Assembly (NCBI GenBank): GCA_018992685.1
Contig: JACVGT010000003.1
Span: 96,001-160,000 of the forward strand
DNA length: 64,000 nt
Origin: Theionarchaea archaeon
Lineage (GTDB): Archaea; Methanobacteriota_B; Thermococci; Methanofastidiosales; SZ-28-30
Direction: 5' to 3'
The position numbers and the translations under genes are program-made. Below the pieces are notes generated by a model that made no database searches, was not told the DNA's origin, and saw only the letters and a program-made list of their open reading frames with translations. Below, piece by piece: positions 59,087-64,000 of this stretch. Positions within the stretch are counted from its first letter, which is position 1. Every line of letters begins with the position of its first letter.

Positions 59087-60568
59087 TCACGTGCTGGCTC
59101 CTGGGCTCCTTCTTGATAGTACTGTTATGAGGTCTCTTTTCTGTTCCGGCTCTACAATGTCCAAATCCACACCAACTGTTTTGTCATCAAGAACAAGTTC
59201 GATCCTGGATTTCCAGGGCAGAAATTTGGTATCAAGAACTTCATCCCATGCAATGATTTGAGGATAGAAAAATGAAAACAAGATAACTTTTTCTTCTGTG
59301 ACACGGACAGAGGGGGTTTCTCTGTACCAAAAAAAGGCCAAGAGGGAAATAGTATACGGCAGCAGTGAGATGAACCATGAATAATCCCTGTAGTGACAAA
59401 AATCATGGAATCCCAAACATGCATAACTTGCAGCACATACCAAGACAACTGCAGAAGCGTAGGAACCCCGTTTAAAATCCCTGCCTTTTCCGGGAGAGAG
59501 TGAATCACGGAGGGACCACTTCTTTACTGCGAAGAAGGAACCGATAAGAGCTGCCATGAGCATCCCCCCATAGAGACAGTCAAAGAAGAACGGCATCTTC
59601 AGAATTAAAGGAAGTGGTGCGGCAGGAACTGTGGAGATATACCTGCCATGAATATCAGAGCTCTCGTCTTCTTTTGCTTCCATCCATACTACAAGATCGC
59701 CATAGACTGCTGGAGATGACTCCCAATCGAGACCCGTTGCAATCCGCAACTCTTCATTCGTTTTCAGGTCTTGTCCACAGATTTCTTGGCCTCCTCCTGT
59801 ATTCGAATACTCCAGCCACACCAGTGTGTCTCCGTGGACTGTAAGAGAGTATTTCCGGGAGCGAAATGACGGGATTTCTGACTTCTTTTGAGTCTCGAGG
59901 TTGTAGGAATACAGATTGGATGAACCAGCCCAGAAAATGTCATCACCATCTATCACGGGATATCCAGAGATATCTGAATTCTCCGTGATGCAGAATTCTC
60001 TGGTTGTGGCCAGATCACATGCATAGATTCCAGATTTGTTTCTCCTTTCACACCACACAATGTAAGAATCGAATGTTACTGGGTAGTATTGATCATGAGG
60101 GCCTGCCGCAACTTCCAATTCTTTTCCTGTTGAGAGATTGTATGCATAGATGTTCCAGGTTCCACTCCTGCTATCTTCCCACACCACGAAGGTCTGGCCA
60201 AGAGCAGGATTTCGCTGATCCTGAACGTCTGTTGTAATCTGAAACTCCTTCTTGGTTTTGATGTTGTAGCCGTAGATGTCTTTGTTGTTGTTCCTTTTGT
60301 CTAGCCAGACCACCAAATCCCCATAAATACAGGGAGATTCCTGGTCACTGAGGTCAGATGTGATCTGGAATTCTTCTCCTGTAGAAAGGTCATACCCGAA
60401 GATGTCCCAGTTCCCATTTCTATTGTCCGCCCATACGATAGTCTCTTCATAAAGCGCGGGGTCCTTCTGGTAATACAAGTCAGATGTTATGGCAATCTCG
60501 TTCCCAGTCTGAGCAGGAAAGATCAGGAAGACTATGGACACAGCTGCAGCCAACATGTTCATTTTCAT
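59087..60568 (-). CDS. Beta-propeller repeat surface protein with TMs and C-terminal PH-like domain
   Basis: Repeated P.IYG..VVW.D.R.GNWDIY.Y.L; signal peptide from ATG 60568; 3 TM; I.W.E..... Confidence 0.8.
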   Translation of the reverse strand: MKMNMLAAAVSIVFLIFPAQTGNEIAITSDLYYQKDPALYEETIVWADNRNGNWDIFGYDLSTGEEFQITSDLSDQESPCIYGDLVVWLDKRNNNKDIYGYNIKTKKEFQITTDVQDQRNPALGQTFVVWEDSRSGTWNIYAYNLSTGKELEVAAGPHDQYYPVTFDSYIVWCERRNKSGIYACDLATTREFCITENSDISGYPVIDGDDIFWAGSSNLYSYNLETQKKSEIPSFRSRKYSLTVHGDTLVWLEYSNTGGGQEICGQDLKTNEELRIATGLDWESSPAVYGDLVVWMEAKEDESSDIHGRYISTVPAAPLPLILKMPFFFDCLYGGMLMAALIGSFFAVKKWSLRDSLSPGKGRDFKRGSYASAVVLVCAASYACLGFHDFCHYRDYSWFISLLPYTISLLAFFWYRETPSVRVTEEKVILFSFFYPQIIAWDEVLDTKFLPWKSRIELVLDDKTVGVDLDIVEPEQKRDLITVLSRRSPGAST

Positions 60569-61030
60569 TGTACTCTGCCATGGTCTAGGAAGTATATAAC
60601 ACTTATCGTGTACATATATGCATATATAGCTTCGATAGCGCAAGGACTGATTCTTGACGGAAGAGGAATGACGTTCTCCAAAACCCATTATACTCTCAGA
60701 TCAGGATGCTCGTCCTAGACAAGGAGAGGAGTAACGTATGTCATGGCAACGACATACTCTGAACCTCGACCATGCCAGACACCAACGTGTATGAGCTGAC
60801 AGGATCCTTTTCTGGGCAGGAATCGAGACCGGGTCATGGGCCGGGACTTCAACCAAAAGGGTGGTGAGTTGATGATTTTCTTTTTAATTCTCCCAAAACA
60901 TCATTCTGCGGATTTTCAGGACCATGTGGCACAGGCAAGGCAACTACCACCACACTGACCCCAGAATTGATGCATCCTTCAACATTTCCAAATAGAAAAG
61001 CATATAAACTTCTGTGATACAAAAAAAGAG

Positions 61031-62935
61031 ATGATGCTCAAAAAGAGAGTCTGGATTGCCTTTCTTGTAGTGGTTCTCATTCTATCTTTGATTCCTGTCT
61101 ATGGAGACCCTGCTGAACCAAGAAACGACATTAGCACAGCAGATACCAGAGTCTTCGATCTCATAAATAAGCTTGACTGGGGCTACGGCAAGAATGGAGA
61201 ACATCGCCAGAGTCTGCTGATGGCTGGCCATCTCCTCTGGATGGCATATCAAGATGAAAACTGGGATGACAAGGACCCTCAGAAACCCAAGGGACCTCTG
61301 GAAAAGGCCTTCATTCTGGGCGCAATAGATGATGCCTTGGAAGCGTTGAACCGATTCTCAAAAGACAGTCAGGGAAAGCCGCGGCGTCTCGATGCTGATG
61401 ATGGTGTAAACACCGCGTTCCACCAGTGGGTGGCTGAAATCATTGAAAGGCTGGAAAGCGCCAAGAAAGAACTGGAAAAAAACTTCTATGGGACTCCTCA
61501 GCACCTGAAGGATGCTCTCAAGGGACTTGTGGACATCTGGTCAGGGAAATCAGAAGCTTCCAGCAGTGCAAAGAAGGCAGGCGAGGACGCGCAGGAAAAC
61601 CTCTGTCAGTGGGATGCAAACCCACAGCCCTCACCTGGAACTACTCCCACTCCTCCGTGGACACCGCCCAAAAAAGACGGAAAGCCGGTGCCAACTAGGG
61701 TAGGTGGAGATGAGGTACCGGTACCAAAACGCAGGCTGCACCTGGATCTTCAGAAACTTCTCATTGAGATCTTCAAGAAGAACGAGAGGAATATCAGGAA
61801 CCTCCCCAAGTGGCTCGAACGAAATCCGACTAACATGAAAGACCATGCTGGCACTGTAGCAGATGAAGCCCTCAAGCTGCTGAAGATTCTCAGGGCAATT
61901 GCCCGATTATTGGATGTCCCCTTGAAACCCATCGCATTGTACAAGAATGTTTACGTGTACACAGACCCTCAAGGAGGATGGGGTCGGTTTCCAGGAGGGA
62001 CGCCCGTGTCAACAGGATCGGCTGGCGCAGATATTGAGACAGTCATTGTGGATTCAAGAGGACCGGATTTATCTGTGTACTTTGCAATGAACGGGACTGT
62101 AGAGGAAAAAGACGGAAAGGAAATCAGTTTGCTCATTGATCGAGATTCTGATTCCAGTACTGGCTCTAGTGAAGCCATCTATGGCGGACTGGGGATAGAC
62201 ACATCCGTGGGATTGTACTGTTCAGCCTCCTCTCCTGCTCAGTGGAACCTGCAAGTGTGGGAGATAACAAACGGGGAATGGGTCATGATTGAGGAACTGG
62301 ATTCCTCTCTGTGGGACATATCAGACAATGTGGTGGAGTTCACTGTACCTGATTTTGAGGAAATGCTGGGAATCGAGACGCACTTTTTCAGCTGGATAGC
62401 AATGGCCTATGAGGACGGTAATGTAGATATGGGCCCGGATGAACCAGTTATATCCTTTTCTCAGGTGTTGCCTGAAGCTTTCAGCGTGCTGGCTCAGGGA
62501 GCAGACTATGATCTCAATCAGGATTTCGCCAGGTACTTCTCTGAGTATACTACAGATACTGATGCTGTATTCAAGGTTCACCTGGGAGGTTCTGCCATAC
62601 ACGAAGGGTTGTGGAGGAAGTACGGTGCCTTCTTCATGAAGGACGAGGGAGGACATTATTCCAGAATAGTCTACGAAGAGGAGGAGTACCAAGGTGCATG
62701 GGGAGAGGTAGACTACTGCATTCTGGTCTTTGAGGTGACCCGAGAGGGCATAGCAGTGAACGTTGCAGGTATTACCCGTTATGGAACGAGGGGTGGACTG
62801 CAGTGGTTAATGGAACACTGGGACGTTGTGACGCCATCTGAGGAGGCCCCGTTGGTGTTGATCTTGGAGTGGGCTGACGAAAACCACAATGGGTCAGTAG
62901 ATTCTGAGGAAACAGTGGAGATCAAAGTGATCTAA
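61031..62935 (+). CDS. Secreted multidomain hypothetical protein
   Basis: Signal peptide; helical N-domain with Pro-rich insert; DOMON-like IDRDSDSSTG; C-terminal GITRYGT...WADENHNGSVD. Confidence 0.75.
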   Translation: MMLKKRVWIAFLVVVLILSLIPVYGDPAEPRNDISTADTRVFDLINKLDWGYGKNGEHRQSLLMAGHLLWMAYQDENWDDKDPQKPKGPLEKAFILGAIDDALEALNRFSKDSQGKPRRLDADDGVNTAFHQWVAEIIERLESAKKELEKNFYGTPQHLKDALKGLVDIWSGKSEASSSAKKAGEDAQENLCQWDANPQPSPGTTPTPPWTPPKKDGKPVPTRVGGDEVPVPKRRLHLDLQKLLIEIFKKNERNIRNLPKWLERNPTNMKDHAGTVADEALKLLKILRAIARLLDVPLKPIALYKNVYVYTDPQGGWGRFPGGTPVSTGSAGADIETVIVDSRGPDLSVYFAMNGTVEEKDGKEISLLIDRDSDSSTGSSEAIYGGLGIDTSVGLYCSASSPAQWNLQVWEITNGEWVMIEELDSSLWDISDNVVEFTVPDFEEMLGIETHFFSWIAMAYEDGNVDMGPDEPVISFSQVLPEAFSVLAQGADYDLNQDFARYFSEYTTDTDAVFKVHLGGSAIHEGLWRKYGAFFMKDEGGHYSRIVYEEEEYQGAWGEVDYCILVFEVTREGIAVNVAGITRYGTRGGLQWLMEHWDVVTPSEEAPLVLILEWADENHNGSVDSEETVEIKVI

Positions 62936-63076
62936 CCTGGCGATGTACAGTGGAATGGGAGGAGACCTGCACCACCAAAGGTGAACAGAAAGTATGGAGT
63001 GTTCTGTTTCATCCCCCCCTTGTGGAAATCCTTAAAACATACAGGCCACCAGGAGTTATCAAGAGATGAAGATCCA

Positions 63077-64000
63077 ATGCAATCTGTCATTGAAACTCAA
63101 TCCCTGACCAAAATCTTCAACCAGAAGACCATAGCAGTTAATGATCTCTATTTAACAGTTCCTGAGAACTCAATCTACGGATTTCTAGGGCCAAATGGGG
63201 CCGGAAAGACCACCACGATCAAGCTGATGCTGGGATTGATTCGTCCATCTGCGGGATCCGTCCGCATGTTTGGTGCCCCAGTGAGAATGGATTCTTCAGA
63301 TGTGAGACGGAGAATTGGCTATTTGCCCACACAGCCCGGGTTCCCTGATGCCATGACTCCCATAACCTATCTGGACTTCATTGGCAAAGTGTTCGGCATT
63401 CCCAGACAGGTTCGGATACCACGGATCACGGAATTGATTCGGAGCGTTGATCTGCTGCCTCTGTCTTCTTCAGAAATCAAGAGGTTCTCCACCGGTGAGA
63501 TTACTCGAATCGCAATGGCTGCATGCTTGATAAACGATCCAGAACTCCTCATACTGGATGAACCAACGCTGGGACTGGATCCTATAGGGCGGGCATCCAC
63601 GGTCAAACTCATCACAGAGCTGGGAAACAGGGAAGGAAAGACCGTCTTTGTTTCTTCTCACATTCTGGCTGACATCGAACGGTTCTGTACCCATGTTGGC
63701 ATCATAAACAGTGGCAAGCTCATATTCAACGGGACTGTTACTGAAGTGAAGAAACTCATCAGAACCAATACGGTGGAATTACAGGTTGAAGGCAAAACAG
63801 AGTCATTTCTTTCAGAATTGGAAGCGATTCCTCATATTACGAATGTACAATCACTCAGGCACGCCATAAGGATTAGCATTGATCCTCAGTACCACTCTGA
63901 GACACTGTTGGACATTTTCAAGATCTTGATTGAGAGGAACCTCGAGTTGGTCTCCCTCAATTTGGGATCCGAAACTCTTGAAGAAGCATTTCTGGATTTG
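63077..64000 (+). CDS. ABC transporter ATP-binding protein (runs off window; not in ORF track)
   Basis: Read by hand: MQSVIETQSLTKIF...GFLGPNGAGKTT...FSTGE...LILDEPTLGLDP...SSH. Confidence 0.92.
   Translation, partial: MQSVIETQSLTKIFNQKTIAVNDLYLTVPENSIYGFLGPNGAGKTTTIKLMLGLIRPSAGSVRMFGAPVRMDSSDVRRRIGYLPTQPGFPDAMTPITYLDFIGKVFGIPRQVRIPRITELIRSVDLLPLSSSEIKRFSTGEITRIAMAACLINDPELLILDEPTLGLDPIGRASTVKLITELGNREGKTVFVSSHILADIERFCTHVGIINSGKLIFNGTVTEVKKLIRTNTVELQVEGKTESFLSELEAIPHITNVQSLRHAIRISIDPQYHSETLLDIFKILIERNLELVSLNLGSETLEEAFLDL

Noticed and set aside
60836-60856. tRNA 3'-end remnant (GGGCCGGGACTTCAACC)
   Set aside because: T loop mismatched and no cloverleaf; chance similarity likely
1-64000. Genome-wide TGA recoding suggested by two ATG-TGA interruptions (4206, 47508)
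   Set aside because: TGA is the true stop of many conserved genes here (serS, NOP2-type methylase, nadM, rps9); no Sec-type context at either site
1-64000. CRISPR array, IS element, integrase or prophage
   Set aside because: No regularly spaced repeat-spacer series and no transposase, recombinase or virion motifs in any ORF

Overview
Archaeal chromosomal DNA, shown by BRE/TATA promoters, a BHB-intron tRNA, Alba, form III RuBisCO, the archaeal mevalonate pathway and rpl18e-rpl13-rps9-rpoN. Gene content suggests an uncultured Thermococci-related lineage such as Ca. Theionarchaea (inference only). Housekeeping genes: serS, a NOP2-type methylase, tmk, albA, map, two-subunit fumarase, nadM, an r-protein block with tRNA-Pro(GGG), the mvk-UbiD-LpdD-AcnX operon and a ferredoxin:disulfide reductase/redoxin block. 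Several large secreted or surface proteins are also present. Best candidate for an undescribed system: a ~9 kb cluster (10333-19251) of three PaaK/CapK/F390-synthetase-like adenylating enzymes, three GNAT-fold transferases (two FemAB-like) and a Wzx/MurJ-type flippase, with no glycosyltransferase. It is flanked by a wHTH regulator and a KaiC/RAD55-HAD fusion. Other notable features: a 1.43 kb module bounded by 38-bp direct repeats, carrying a surface-protein gene with an in-frame TGA and a Trp-heptad coiled coil; a palindromic motif shared upstream of two paralogous wHTH genes; an apparent internal deletion in the AcnX small subunit; and no rpoK at its usual position. All family calls are from motif recognition, not database searches.
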